A DNA stretch of 63,084 bases, filler included, from Rozella allomycis CSF55 (GCA_000442015.1; 7 parts of 7 records of this genome joined end to end with filler, not necessarily neighbours in it), one strand, 5' to 3'; counted from the whole stretch's first letter, positions 38,761 to 50,609 are shown. The notes: generated from the letters alone by a model not told the origin. Numbers and translations: made by a program.

Positions 38761-39005
38761 GAAATTTCACAATTACAACTGCGGCTTCTTTTTTAGAATA
38801 GGTTAAAGTCAGGCATGGCTTTAAAAAATTCATAAGGCAATAGTGTGATGAAAAGATCAATAAGGATTAAGAAGAAAATTGACATAATTGGATATTCCCA
38901 ATAGTCATGCATCAGAATTAAGAAGAAAATTGGCATAATTGGATATCGTCATGGTCATGCAACCGTAATCAAGGTCGTGTTGAACGAATACTTAATTATA
39001 AATTA

Positions 39006-39323
39006 ATGTCAACATATAACTACATAAATAAGTTTGTAGCGCCCCGGATTGGTAATAATTATCACAGATTATCAAACCTACCACCTGGGACGCACCTTAC
39101 TCTCGATCCCCTTCAACGAGTTCGGCAATCATTGAAACCTACGCCAACCGCTTTTTTAAGAATCTGCTTCGATACTATCCACAAAGTAAAAAATATTGTT
39201 ACCAAAAACGAAAAAAGAAGACTGATCTTATGGGCAGATATTTTTTATTCCCGAAATACCCTAACATGGATAGACTGTTTGGCGACACAAGTAGATTGGG
39301 AGCCAAAGCGCATAGCTTTATAA
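39006..39323 (+). CDS. Hypothetical ORF
   Basis: 105-aa ATG-initiated ORF only; no family recognised. Confidence 0.3.
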   Translation: MSTYNYINKFVAPRIGNNYHRLSNLPPGTHLTLDPLQRVRQSLKPTPTAFLRICFDTIHKVKNIVTKNEKRRLILWADIFYSRNTLTWIDCLATQVDWEPKRIAL

Positions 39324-39473
39324 GATGATACCCCTCCCATTGATGATGAAATTTTTTTAGAAGTGAGAAGAAAATTTCAAAAAGTCATATAATATTGAAA
39401 CAAGAAATTAAAAATTTAAAGTTAAATGCATTAGAGGTTCCAAAATTTAAACCATATCTGAAGCATCCAACTA

Positions 39474-40988
39474 TTAGCAGACCTTTTGATCTACTCTAGA
39501 ATCTGCCAGCAACATTTTGACAACATCTGCATGACCGTTACGGGAAGCCCATCGAATAGCATAATTGTCATCCGCACTTGGATCTACTCTAGAATCTACC
39601 AGCAACATTTTGACAATATCTGCATGACCGTTATAGGAAGCGCATCGAATAGCAAAGTTGTCATCCGCACTTGGATCTACTCTAGAATCTGCCAGCAACA
39701 TTTTGACAATATCTGCATGACCGTCAAGGGAAGCCCATCGAATGACATAATTGTCATCCGCACTTGGATCTACTCTAGAATCTGCCAGCAACATTTTGAC
39801 AACATCTGCATGACCTTTACGGGAAGCCCAGCGAATAGCATAATTGTCATCCGCACTTGGATCTACTCTATAATCTGCCAGCAACATTTTGACAACATCT
39901 GCATGACCTTTACGGGAAGCCCAGCGAATAGCATAATTGTCATCCGCACTTGGATCTACTCTATAATCTGCCAGCAACATTTTGACAACATCTGCATGAC
40001 CTTTACGGGAAGCCCAGCGAATAGCATAATTGTCATCCGCACTTGGATCTACTCTATAATCTGCCAGCAACATTTTGACAACATCTGCATGACCTTTACG
40101 GGAAGCCCAGCGAATAGCATAATTGTCATCCGCACTTGGATCTACTCTATAATCTGCAAGCAACATTTTGACAACATCTGCATGACCGTTATGGGAAGCC
40201 CAGCAAATAGCATAATTGTCATCGGCTCCTGGATCTACCGTAGAGTTTGCAAGCAAAATTTTAACAATTCCTTTCCGCACGCTATGAGCATTAGAAAAAT
40301 TAAAATTGCCATCAGCATTCGAGTTTGTGTATACGGAAGAAGAAGGTTGAAAACCATTCTCAAAAAGGACAATATTTTGGATTGCATGCATAAGGTCGAA
40401 TTGGCATGAAAATTGAAACGCATAGTTAGCAGCNACATGACCGTTATGGGAAGCCCCGCGAATAGCATAATTGTCATTGGCACCTGGATCTATCGTAGAG
40501 TTTGCAAGCAAAATTTTAACAATTCCTGTCCGGCCGTTATGAGCAATAGCAAAATTAAAATTGCCATCAGCCTTCGAGTTTGTGTATACGGAAGGAGAAG
40601 GTTGATAACCATTCTCAAAACTGACAATATTTTGGATGGCATGCATAAGGTCGAATTGGCATGAAAATTGAAACGCATAGTTAGCAGCTTTTTGAGGCAT
40701 GTTCTTTTGTTTTAGACAATGCAGAAAAAATACGAACCTTTCTCTTTGTTCGTTGTGCATAAGAATATTCCAGCACGAATGTATGGCTAATACTTTCCCG
40801 CACCTCTGCTTGATTAGATATTGAAGTACATAAGGGCATTTCCATGAACAACTTAATTCAGGGGTTTGATGAAGGATGAAGTCGAAGCAAACTGAGCGAA
40901 GCCATATCGAAGTTCTGGAGACTTGTTTCAAATCATCCAGAGTTAAGTGCGACAAAATAAACAGCCAAACCTCGTGTGGAAAATTCAT
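39474..40988 (-). CDS. F-box plus ankyrin-repeat protein; intronless; contains a duplicated haplotype overlap at N40434
   Basis: N-terminal F-box FPHEVWLFILSHLTLDDLKQVSRTS; about 8 repeats of DPSADDNYAIRWASxxGHADVVKMLLADxRV. Confidence 0.9.
   Translation of the reverse strand: MNFPHEVWLFILSHLTLDDLKQVSRTSIWLRSVCFDFILHQTPELSCSWKCPYVLQYLIKQRCGKVLAIHSCWNILMHNEQRERFVFFLHCLKQKNMPQKAANYAFQFSCQFDLMHAIQNIVSFENGYQPSPSVYTNSKADGNFNFAIAHNGRTGIVKILLANSTIDPGANDNYAIRGASHNGHXAANYAFQFSCQFDLMHAIQNIVLFENGFQPSSSVYTNSNADGNFNFSNAHSVRKGIVKILLANSTVDPGADDNYAICWASHNGHADVVKMLLADYRVDPSADDNYAIRWASRKGHADVVKMLLADYRVDPSADDNYAIRWASRKGHADVVKMLLADYRVDPSADDNYAIRWASRKGHADVVKMLLADYRVDPSADDNYAIRWASRKGHADVVKMLLADSRVDPSADDNYVIRWASLDGHADIVKMLLADSRVDPSADDNFAIRCASYNGHADIVKMLLVDSRVDPSADDNYAIRWASRNGHADVVKMLLADSRVDQKVC
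39486..40260. repeat. 102-bp tandem coding repeat (34-aa ankyrin units), about 7.5 copies, several near-identical
   Basis: Period 102; gcaacattttgacaa and cgcacttggatctactcta recur each unit. Confidence 0.95.
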
Positions 40989-41151
40989 ATGAAGTGGTCA
41001 CTGGTCAGTGGCTGAAAATACAACCTCAGAAACCTCATCATATTGAGGTCCATCCTTTACTGTTTTATTTATTGAGCAAAATGCGAAAATTTTGGTTTCC
41101 GTTTATTAAAGACTAAAAACAATAAACAAATACATATACTGACCTATTTAT

Positions 41152-43204
41152 TTACTCACTCGCTTCTGAAAATGAAATCTCCAATTCTTGCTGATCCAAA
41201 TCTTTTTTCAAGCTGCTTATCCCAGATATTTCTTCAAGGATACCTGGATTGTTGAAAATCCTTTCTAAAAATCCAATATTGTCGGATTTAAATTCATTTA
41301 TGATTTTTTCGGAGCAGGCAACGCATTCATTGAATCTTGGCGAAGAAGTTTTTATAAATTCGTAGGTAGAAAGAAATCCTCTGATCTGCTGATATGCGGT
41401 CCCTAAAGTATCTTGGGTGGAATTCGAAACTGATTCCCCAATACTAGTGTCAATTAAAGCATTTCTATACTTGGCCAAGTTTGATTGAACATATGATGTT
41501 AATAATTCTACCGCAGTTCCTGACGCAATCATTGAAATCCCAGGGCGAGTGACTGTGCATTGTTGATCCAGTGTCCTTTTTTGTAAAGACTTTAAACAAA
41601 GGCTTGTATTGTTTACGTTCGTGGGAGCTATTACATCCTGACAGAAGTAACAAGAATTGTTATATTCACGCAAACCATGTCGGATTACTAAGAAGGAATC
41701 AAATCCTATAGCAACACTGATGACAATCTACATTTAGCAAAAATTCGTTGTGTACTTTATTATATAGCCTGCCTAGTAGAGTCGGTAGCCATCTTGACTC
41801 TCTACTATCTGTAAGTAAAAAAATAACATCATGTAAGCTTATCACTTCCATTAACTCAGCCAAATCATTTTTAAAACTAGCTGGATCTCCGATGGAATGA
41901 CCCGGCATGGGTACTGACATCACCATACCTTTACAATCCACATTGGGGTAGATATCTTTTAATCTCTGAGCTGCAACTTCAGCTTTATATTGTCCTCCAT
42001 TTTTACAATCATCAAAAACAAACAATGATTGCCGAACAGGATTAGAAGGTGAGACTACTCCATTGTCAATAAATGTTATGCATTTTATATTCCAGCCCTA
42101 TAGTATTAATATTACAAAATTACAAGTAAGCATCTAGCTACATTGCATCCCAAAGTACCAGCACCAACTAGAAGACATCTCAATGAAGATATCTTTTCCA
42201 AGTCAAGATCCGGTGCTGTCTTCCACTTCATTAATTTTGTATTAAGGTCAACGGCAGTTTCAGCAAGCCAAATAAATAAATTACAAAACATATTACTGGT
42301 CATCGTTCATGAGGTGTCCTAAACTTGTGATATTTGAAGAAAATTGAACACTGAGGCCAATATTCTCAACGTTGGGGACAAGATTTGCTCGAGTTTTAAT
42401 AACCACATTTTTAGATTTTTGAATTCTAAAAATGAGTGCAGTTATGCTTCTGGCTTTATACTTTTGCATTAACATTAATAGTATATTGTGACAATTTTGA
42501 TCGATGTTATTCCCAGTGGTTGAGTCTTTAATGATAAAATACTTAATATGAGCGCATACATTGATTACTGTTTCTTTTGAGCATTCATTCAATTTGCTGA
42601 TTCTCACAAAGCTGTTTGCGATAACAGCCACAGCTTGCAAACCATGATCATTCATGTATGAATAAGCATCGTCAATATTTAAGTAGTCTAAAAGCGTAAA
42701 ATCTATCCGTTGAAACTCCAGATTAAGATCGCCATGAGTAAGGAGGATATGTCCTGTGGTATAATGAAACTTATATTTCTTCAGATCAGCATATGAAACA
42801 AGGAAAAAATTACAGAAATCACCAATTTCAATTTTTTCCCAATGATTATTCGCCAGCATTTCTTTATACACTTCTAATTGTGTCTTAATATATTTGCGAT
42901 AGTCAAAATCGGCATAGTCTTCAAGTGTGTTTTGGTTCATGAGAAGCCCCTGAATCATGCAAAATTGAAGATTAAGGCATTCGTTTTTGAAACATTCGAC
43001 TATAGACGTGGGAGCTTGATGGTCCCGTCCTTGGCAAATTGCTAGAATAGGACGAGCTTTATCATCTAGTTTGAAAACATCTTTCTTTAAATCAACTAGT
43101 CTGAACCAAAAATTTACATCAACTATTGATTTAAACAATTGAAGTTGGACTTTGGTTTCATTCACTTCGATCGCCTTGGCTGTCATTGAAGGCAAATTTT
43201 CCAT
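41152..43204 (-). CDS. ATG7: Autophagy E1-like enzyme Atg7; about 4 short introns, one of them GT-TG
   Basis: [57 protein letters not shown]. Confidence 0.95.
42269..42296 (-). other. Non-canonical 28-nt GT-TG intron in ATG7
   Basis: gtaatatgttttgtaatttatttatttg has no AG; removal gives [14 protein letters not shown]. Confidence 0.75.
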
Positions 43205-43247
43205 GTTTTAAGCTTTAGAACAAAATTCGATTATTAATTTATATTTA

Positions 43248-44453
43248 TTAAATGTTAATCAAAATACGAATGGCAAAAAGAGATTTTGCCAAATTGAAAA
43301 CACTGTCGGCTAAATTTGGCTTGATATCTAACTTTACTTCAACAGGGAAGTGGTCACTGATTCTTGAAATGTCTGCGAGATCTAATTTAAGTTTTTCGCA
43401 AGCATTGTCAGGATGCCAAGGTTTCTTCGTGGATGTTTCAGAGGAGTATATATCACAAGGATAGTAGTATGGTTTAGCGCTATTAGGCACAACAAGTCTC
43501 ATGGCACTAGTTGAGGCAATTATTCTGTCAAAAGCGCAACAGGTGGAAATACTTGTGGTTGTATCTACGGACGTTTCAATCAACCAATGAAGTCTAGTGT
43601 CATGATAAAGTAGCACAGTAAAATTTGAATGATTTACAGTATTGTCATCGCTTCTCTTCTGTTTTACCCTTCTTTTCTTAGGCCTCTCTGAAGCTTCGTC
43701 ATCTCCTGAATATCCGTGATCGTCTTCGTCATAACCAATTGGTGCATGAGCTAAATTCTTTGGTTTCCTGCGAGATCTTCTTTTGGCACGCGAACTTTCA
43801 GAATCTGTAAATACTCCTTCATCTTCAGTGCTGCTGGAATCAGATTTGGGTAAGTGCCAATGTTTCTTTCTAACGTATTGGCAATCAGCGTTGAGGTCTC
43901 CCATGATCATAATGTTAGATTCACCCCACCTTTGTAACACCTCATCATAGACATATTTTAATGAATTAATTTCAAATATAGCTGCCGCTGGTTTCGCATG
44001 CAACCCTATAAATACTACCTTTTCATGACCAAAGCTCATCAATACACAAAATGGCGGCCTTTCAAAGTTTCTTGCCGCTATTCCATCGTATTGCCATTGA
44101 TCTATAAGTACAGCCCTGTCCTTTCTATAAAAATATACGTATTGCTCTTTGGATGAACTTTTCCCGAGATGATCACTAGCAACTAATTCATATCCAGCGG
44201 AAGTCAAGTTATTCACCATTGACAGTAATCTCGATGGGGTACTACCACTAATGTCTCTAATTTCTTGAGCCAAGAACACATCGTATCTTGTTATTATGGT
44301 GGATATTGTCGATGTCACTAAAGAGTCATTAAGCTTTGTCACACCGAAAACATTTAAATTCATAGCACCAAAAGTGAACTCATAACCCGAAGAATGCTGT
44401 ACAAATGCAAGCAGTAGCAACCCTAGCAGTAAAACCAATGTTTGAATTGACAT
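43248..44453 (-). CDS. Secreted DNase I-family endonuclease with a charged insertion; intronless
   Basis: Signal peptide; NLNVFG, QEIRD, KEQYVYFYR, FERPPF, GLHAKP, MGDLNADC, CAFDRII, ISDHFPVEV. Confidence 0.92.
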   Translation of the reverse strand: MSIQTLVLLLGLLLLAFVQHSSGYEFTFGAMNLNVFGVTKLNDSLVTSTISTIITRYDVFLAQEIRDISGSTPSRLLSMVNNLTSAGYELVASDHLGKSSSKEQYVYFYRKDRAVLIDQWQYDGIAARNFERPPFCVLMSFGHEKVVFIGLHAKPAAAIFEINSLKYVYDEVLQRWGESNIMIMGDLNADCQYVRKKHWHLPKSDSSSTEDEGVFTDSESSRAKRRSRRKPKNLAHAPIGYDEDDHGYSGDDEASERPKKRRVKQKRSDDNTVNHSNFTVLLYHDTRLHWLIETSVDTTTSISTCCAFDRIIASTSAMRLVVPNSAKPYYYPCDIYSSETSTKKPWHPDNACEKLKLDLADISRISDHFPVEVKLDIKPNLADSVFNLAKSLFAIRILINI

Positions 44454-44611
44454 TACTATACGTGGCTGAAAAAGTCAATAAAAACACGTGCTTTGAATGG
44501 CTAAAATCAAAACATAAGAATGGAAATAAAAATATTTACATTATTGCGTTTACATGAATCCTACGGTGAATAACTTTTGGAGTTGACAAAGCCACATTTG
44601 TCCAGGGGTTA

Positions 44612-46097
44612 ATGTCAGATTCTTTTTTCGTATCGGAGAAGCGTTCCAGGGAAGAAGATGAAGCTCATGATATTTTTGAAGATGAAGAGTCATTAGATTC
44701 TTTATCTGAAAGTGATGAAGAAAGTAAGGAAACGCCCGCTGAAAAACGTTTGAGATTAGCGAAAGAATATATTGAAAATATGAGAGCTGATATAGGTAAA
44801 AAAATCTTGGAATTTTAAATAGCGGATGACGAAATAGATGCAGCTGAAATAGATAAAGAGTTGATCGCATCGAGAATGTTGAATGCTCAGGTAAATAGTT
44901 ATGATGAATTTGATAGATGGAAGAAGGAGGCCGAATATTTAAATTTATTGCATCAAATTTTGATTTCTCAGATGAATACGTTGAAAATATATCAATCAAG
45001 AAGTTTAGAGGTCATAGACTTGCGGTAACCGCTGTTTGCATTTCTGAAAATGAAAAGTTTTTATTCACAGCTTCCAAAGATTCCAATATAATTAAATGTA
45101 AATGCAATTTTAAAATTTAAATAGGGGATTTAGAGACTGGCAAGAAATTACACACTTTCGGATCTTGCATTCCTCCAAAAAGTAAGAAAGGCAAAGGAAA
45201 AGAATCACTTCCAAATCCAGATGGTCATTTTGATCATATTCTAGCGTTGGCAGTTTCTTCAGATGGGAAATATCTAGCGTCTGCTGGAAAGGATAAACAG
45301 ATTCATATTTGGGATGCTAAAGAAAATAAACATCTAAAATGCTTCAAGCAACACAGAAAGGCAGTTACTGTAATTTTTTTAAATATAACCCCAATAGGGA
45401 TTAGCGTTTAGAAAAGGACACAACCAATTGTATTCATCATCTTTAGACAGAACGATAAAGATTTGGAATATTGATGAACTATCATATGTAGAAACACTCT
45501 TTGGACATCAAGACGGAGTTGTTTCAATTGATTCTTTGTCAAGAGAAAATTGTGTTACTGTTGGATTGAGAGATCGAACTGTTCGTCTTTTCAAAATAAT
45601 CGAGGAATCTCAGTTAGTATTTAGAGCGTCGATCCCACACGGTGGAAGTTTAGATGTTGTGAAAATGTTGGATGAAAATTGTTTCGCATCTGGAAGTGAT
45701 AATGGAACGCTTTGTCTATGGAACATAAACAAAAAGAAACCCACTTTCTCACTTGTTGGGGCCCACAGTCAAGGAATCATTTCATTGGCAACTGTTAAAT
45801 TTAGCGATTTGCTTGTTTCCGGTTCCAGTGACGGATCCATCAAATTTTGGAAATTGATTAGTGACCAAGGAATTGTCAAGAAAGCTGAATTAATCGGTTC
45901 ATTGAGTGTGGTATAGATATTGTCATTTATTTATTTAGGATGGTTATCTTAATTCTCTTTCTTTGAGTTCCTCTGGAAAATTCTTGGGTGTTTCTATTGG
46001 TCAAGAGCCTAGGTTAGGAAGATGGGGCATCAACAAAAATGTTCAAAATTCATGTTTATTAATCGATTTAACCTCTATCATCGTTTCGAAAGAATAA
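44612..46097 (+). CDS. RRP9: U3 snoRNP WD40 protein Rrp9 (U3-55K), 5 short introns
   Basis: ETPAEKRLRLAKEY, LSYVETLFGHQD, IIEESQLVFR, GQEPRLGRW. Confidence 0.93.
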
Positions 46098-46240
46098 AGC
46101 GCATCATTTCTAAATATAGAATTTATTTTTAGCTCATTAATTTGATTGGTACAATTCACGCGGGTTACATGATTGGTTCAAAAAATGTCATTCAAAAGTT
46201 ATAAAAGGCAAGTGATATGAATGTTTCCCAACAAATACCA

Positions 46241-47324
46241 ATGAAAACTTTTCAATTCTTCTTGATGACAACCTATGCCTGCTTATTGACANATGACAAC
46301 CTATGTCTGCTTATTGACAGCAATGGTAATACCAAAAAGACCTGAGTTATACCAAAATATTCGAGTCGCATTTAAAGGAAAGGATACTAAACAAATGTAT
46401 CACGATCTGACCAACAAGGATTCTAAAACATTCAATACTTTCAAAAGCTTGGTAGACGACAATATTGAATCAGCGTCGAATGAAATAGCCAAACATACTT
46501 ATGCCGAAAGAGCTGGTCATTTGATATCATATGGACCGTTAAGAAGATTTGAGAATCAAGACATTGGAAATCTTAAAAGTTTCTTGAGACAACAACAGGA
46601 ACTCAAGTCAATTTTGGAGACCAAAACAGATAATTGGTCATTATCCAGCAAAGACAGAGTAATGAAGGCTCTTGAGTCTGAAATCGAAAAGGCCAACAAG
46701 CTAAATGACCGTTCAATTATGGAAAAGGGAGTTGGTGTTGCAAATATGAAAAAGTTGGAATCAAAATTGATGTCAGGCGATGAACAAGCAATGGACAGGT
46801 ACCTTGGACTGGCTACGAAAATTCATCAAGATGAAAACATTGATTCATTCAACGTTCAAAAGAATATTTATCGCGACCACATCGTCAGAAAACTTCAAAG
46901 ATACCAAAATGATAATGCCAACGAAAGTAAAGTGGAAAAGGCAGAATATTTGAAAAGGCTCACAGAAAAGGAACATCTTGACCCACAGGAATTAGAATAT
47001 CTACGTGCTAATATGAACAAAAGCTTCCTCAAAGCCATTCATGCCGACAAGGTAGTCAGAAGTACTAGCGAGCATGACTTTGATACACAAGTAGACCCCA
47101 TCGATTTGCATTCCCGCCAAGATGCTTTATCAGAAATTTCATCGAAAAAGACAACATCTGAAAATGGTGATCATGATGCACAACAAAAGCCAAAAAAAGA
47201 TCCACAATCACAAATCAAGGATGAGACAAACAAGTCCAAAGGAAAACCCAGTGATTCAACTATATTATTAACAGCTCTTGGTGCAGGTTCTGCAGGAGTA
47301 ACAGCGGGTGTTCTAATTGACTAA
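46241..47324 (+). CDS. Secreted hypothetical protein with hydrophobic C-terminal tail (GPI/TM-like); intronless
   Basis: MKTFQFFLMTTYACLLT signal (duplicated at N46292); C-terminal ILLTALGAGSAGVTAGVLID. Confidence 0.7.
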
Positions 47325-47387
47325 ATATTAATAAAACACTTTTCTTTCAAATCATTTGTTTCACTGCGCGGGTGGTGCTTCGCCACA

Positions 47388-47939
47388 ATGGACCATGAAA
47401 TTAAAATTCTAGAAAAATTACTTAAACGACATCAGCACCAACTGGGAAAATTTTTAGCCTTTAGAAAATTAAATCAGGTATGTCCAACCTGTATAGGAAA
47501 TAAAGATACACTCACTCTTGAAAAAGTACAAATCCACAAATCATAAAGCCATAATAAGGGATAAGGTAGCCGTTTGTTGATTATTTAATAGACTATGAAT
47601 CTGATTTTGGAGTCTGCCATGATAAACAATGCACAAATTCACCAAACACATTTTCTTGCACTTTTTGCAGTTTTTAATGGCATTATTTCTAGACTTTATT
47701 GGCTACTAAAATTAGATGCAAAGAAAGATGAGCCACTAGTATCACCTATTGCGGCAAACGAAGAAATTGGAGGTATGACTTATGTTGCGTCTATAGTAGA
47801 AAAGATTGAGCGTGTGAATACGTGTGTTGAAAAGATTAATATTAAAAAGAAACGAAAAGTTGATTCTGTTGTAATCAACTGTGAATCATCTTCTGAGGAT
47901 GAGATTATCACGTTTTCGTACAAAAAGACAAAGCTATAG
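47388..47939 (+). CDS. Rmp1/NEPRO-like RNase MRP subunit candidate, 2 short introns
   Basis: EIKILEKLLKRHQHQ.. and HFLALFAVFNGIISRL resemble the family as recalled. Confidence 0.5.
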
Positions 47940-48066
47940 TTTAATTTTCATCGCAATTATTTGATTTCTTTCAATTGAAATACTGAAATATATTGGATTG
48001 ATTAGTTTTAGTTTAAATAAAACAATTTTTTTACTACTTCGTTTCTTCCTTTGCCAGCCACATTTT

Positions 48067-48417
48067 ATGGATCCAGAAGAAATCCAAGTTTTAACCGCAA
48101 TATACCCTGAAATCGACTACAACACAGAAACTCTGACNAACCGCAATATACCCTGAAATCGACTACAACACAGAAACTCTGACAATCCCACTGGGAAGAA
48201 TAATCAAATCGCGACTGCCCACGAGTCTATCAGAATCTCTATGCAAGCTCTTTGAGCACCAATTCACATTAAGCATGACAAACGACAGGTTCCAGATAAA
48301 CTGGGCCACGATAACAGTATACGACAGTGCGACGGAATATGTGCCTGCAGAAATCCCACTCTACTATGAATGCAGCAACCATCCAACACTCGTCTTGTCT
48401 CAGGATATGCGTCGTAA
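48067..48417 (+). CDS. Truncated hypothetical protein (RWD-like start)
   Basis: MDPEEIQVLTAIYPE; runs into a gap. Confidence 0.35.
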
Positions 48418-48517
48418 NNNNNNNNNNNNNNNNNNNNNNNNNNNNNNNNNNNNNNNNNNNNTTAATTAATTAANNNNNNNNNNNNNNNNNNNNNNNNNNN
48501 NNNNNNNNNNNNNNNNN

Positions 48518-50183
48518 ATTCCATCCAAAGTAAACAATCTTGGATCATCCCAACCTTTAGATTAATGAAGAAATAAATGATTTACCATTGACTATCTTGT
48601 TTTCAATTAATTTAACAATTTTTCTTTTGGATAAAACTGTGTTTGTGATGTTTAATCTACCAAACTCCCATTGAACAGGCTTGTAGATTTCTAAAGCATC
48701 GCAAAGCCAATAATAATTTTCTCTATTCAAAATGAATTCAGTTGTGCAAAAAGAGTGCGTAATGTTTTCAATAGAGTCACAAATTGGATGAGTGAAATCA
48801 TAAGTTGGATAAATAATCCATTTGTCCCCTGTTCTAACATGTGGCTTCTTCAACACTCTATAAGCCACTAGATCCCACATGTTTGGATTTGGGCTATTCA
48901 TATCCATCTTCATTCTAAGCACTGCCTCCCCTTGTTCATACTCTCCATTCTTCATCTTTTCAAACTCTTTCAAACTCTCTTCCACTGGTCGGTTTCTCCA
49001 GGGTGAATCAAATCTCTTTCCTTTATGATCGTCACCTCCTCTACTCTCTTTAATCTCTTCTTCTGTCATGTGACAAACATACGCTTTATCTTTCTTTATT
49101 AAATCAATTGCATATTCATATAATTGATCAAAATAATCAGATGAATGCGTAACCTTAAATGGCTGGAATCCTAACCATTCAACACTCTCTTTAATTGAAG
49201 TAAAATATTCTTCCTCTTCTGCTTCTGGGTTTGTATCATCATATCTCAAATAACAAATCCCTTCATTCACTCTGGCGTATCTAAAATCAAAGTTAATAGC
49301 CTTGGCATGTCCAATATGAAGAAATCCATTGGGCTCAGGTGGAAATCTGGTAACTACCTTGCCACCAGTTGCTTCCAAATGCGCCCTTCTAATCTCTTCC
49401 TTAATTTGCGGATTCTCGCCTGGCTTATGCAACTGCAAAACTTCTCCTTCAAACTTCCATTCTTCATTACCCCCTGTAGCCACTGGAGTCTCTTGTTCAG
49501 TCTTTACAGGTTTCTCAGCCTTTTGTTTCTATCCCAAATAAACCAATATCCTTACAACTTTTTTAACTTTGACATTATCAGCCTCCGTTCTAGGCCCAAG
49601 CAATTTCTCAATCTCCTCATCAAACACCTTTTTAATAACCTTGCCATCACCCCATTTCATACTAGGCGTTGATCTAATCTCCTTCAATATCACCCCCAAA
49701 TTATAATGATATCTTTCTTCCAACAGTCTCTCCCTATGAGTAAAAACAATATCAGAAACAAGTCTCTTTATTTGCTCCTCGGTAACTTCAATCCCTTACA
49801 TTCAAACAACCCCATCCATTTACCAACTCCAGACGCCTTCTTCAAATCCTCAACATCATACTCCCTATACTGCTTCAAAAAAGCTATAGCGCTGCTGACC
49901 TGCACCTCGCTCTTCAGCATATCCTTGGCTATCCATTCCGCAAGAAACGGAACATGCTCGCTCAACTCTCGCGGCACAGTAGTCGCAAGCAAATGCAACA
50001 ACCCTCCCTTGCTCTTGCTACACCCTCCCTCTACACCAGCCTTTCTCAACAAACTAAACTTGTTACTGATTCAATAGCAGTCTTCAACAATGTTGACAAC
50101 TTGGCATTCTTGGTCAACTCTAGCGCCTTTTTCTCATCTAATCCTATTCCTGTAAATAAACTCGTAAGCTTGTCCAGTGTCAT
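48518..50183 (-). CDS. GLN4: Glutaminyl-tRNA synthetase, 5' part (3' end in gap), 4 short introns
   Basis: [46 protein letters not shown]; eukaryotic N-terminal extension. Confidence 0.95.
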
Positions 50184-50369
50184 GTGACGAAAAAATAACC
50201 CTGGACGTGGGCGCATGACTCGCTAAATATCAGAATTTGGGAAATAGAAAATTTTTTGGTAGAAAGTGGATTTGAAATTACAAAATTGACTAGGTTTAGA
50301 TTTACAAATAATAGATTAAGTGACAATCATATTTATGTATATATTTTTTAAAATTATGACTTTAACATC

Positions 50370-50414
50370 GCGTTAGTGGTTTAGTGGTAAAATTAGCCCC
50401 TGCCACGGGTTAGC
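50370..50414 (+). tRNA. 5' part of tRNA-Gly(GCC), truncated at N (duplicate or haplotype copy)
   Basis: Identical to the first 45 nt of the tRNA at 50539; flanks diverged. Confidence 0.6.
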
Positions 50415-50538
50415 NGAAAAAATTTTGGTTGAAATTGGATTTGAATATAGAAAATTGACTAGGATTAGATTTAAAAATAATAGATTAAGTGACAATCAAA
50501 GTGACAAATATATTTTTAAAAATGAATCCATATACATC

Positions 50539-50609
50539 GCGTTAGTGGTTTAGTGGTAAAATTAGCCCCTGCCACGGGTTAGCCCCGAGTTCGATTCTCG
50601 GCTAACGCA
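50539..50609 (+). tRNA. tRNA-Gly(GCC)
   Basis: Acceptor GCGTTAG/CTAACGC, anticodon loop CT-GCC-AC, T-arm CCGAGTTCGATTCTCGG, downstream T-run. Confidence 0.95.

Noticed and set aside
39486-40409. 307-aa plus-strand repeat ORF, or CRISPR-like array
   Set aside because: Antisense shadow of the ankyrin repeats; units are contiguous coding repeats with no unique spacers and no cas genes
50370-50414. Second tRNA-Gly gene in tandem
   Set aside because: Truncated at N with duplicated flanks; most likely the other haplotype, though a true paralog is not excluded
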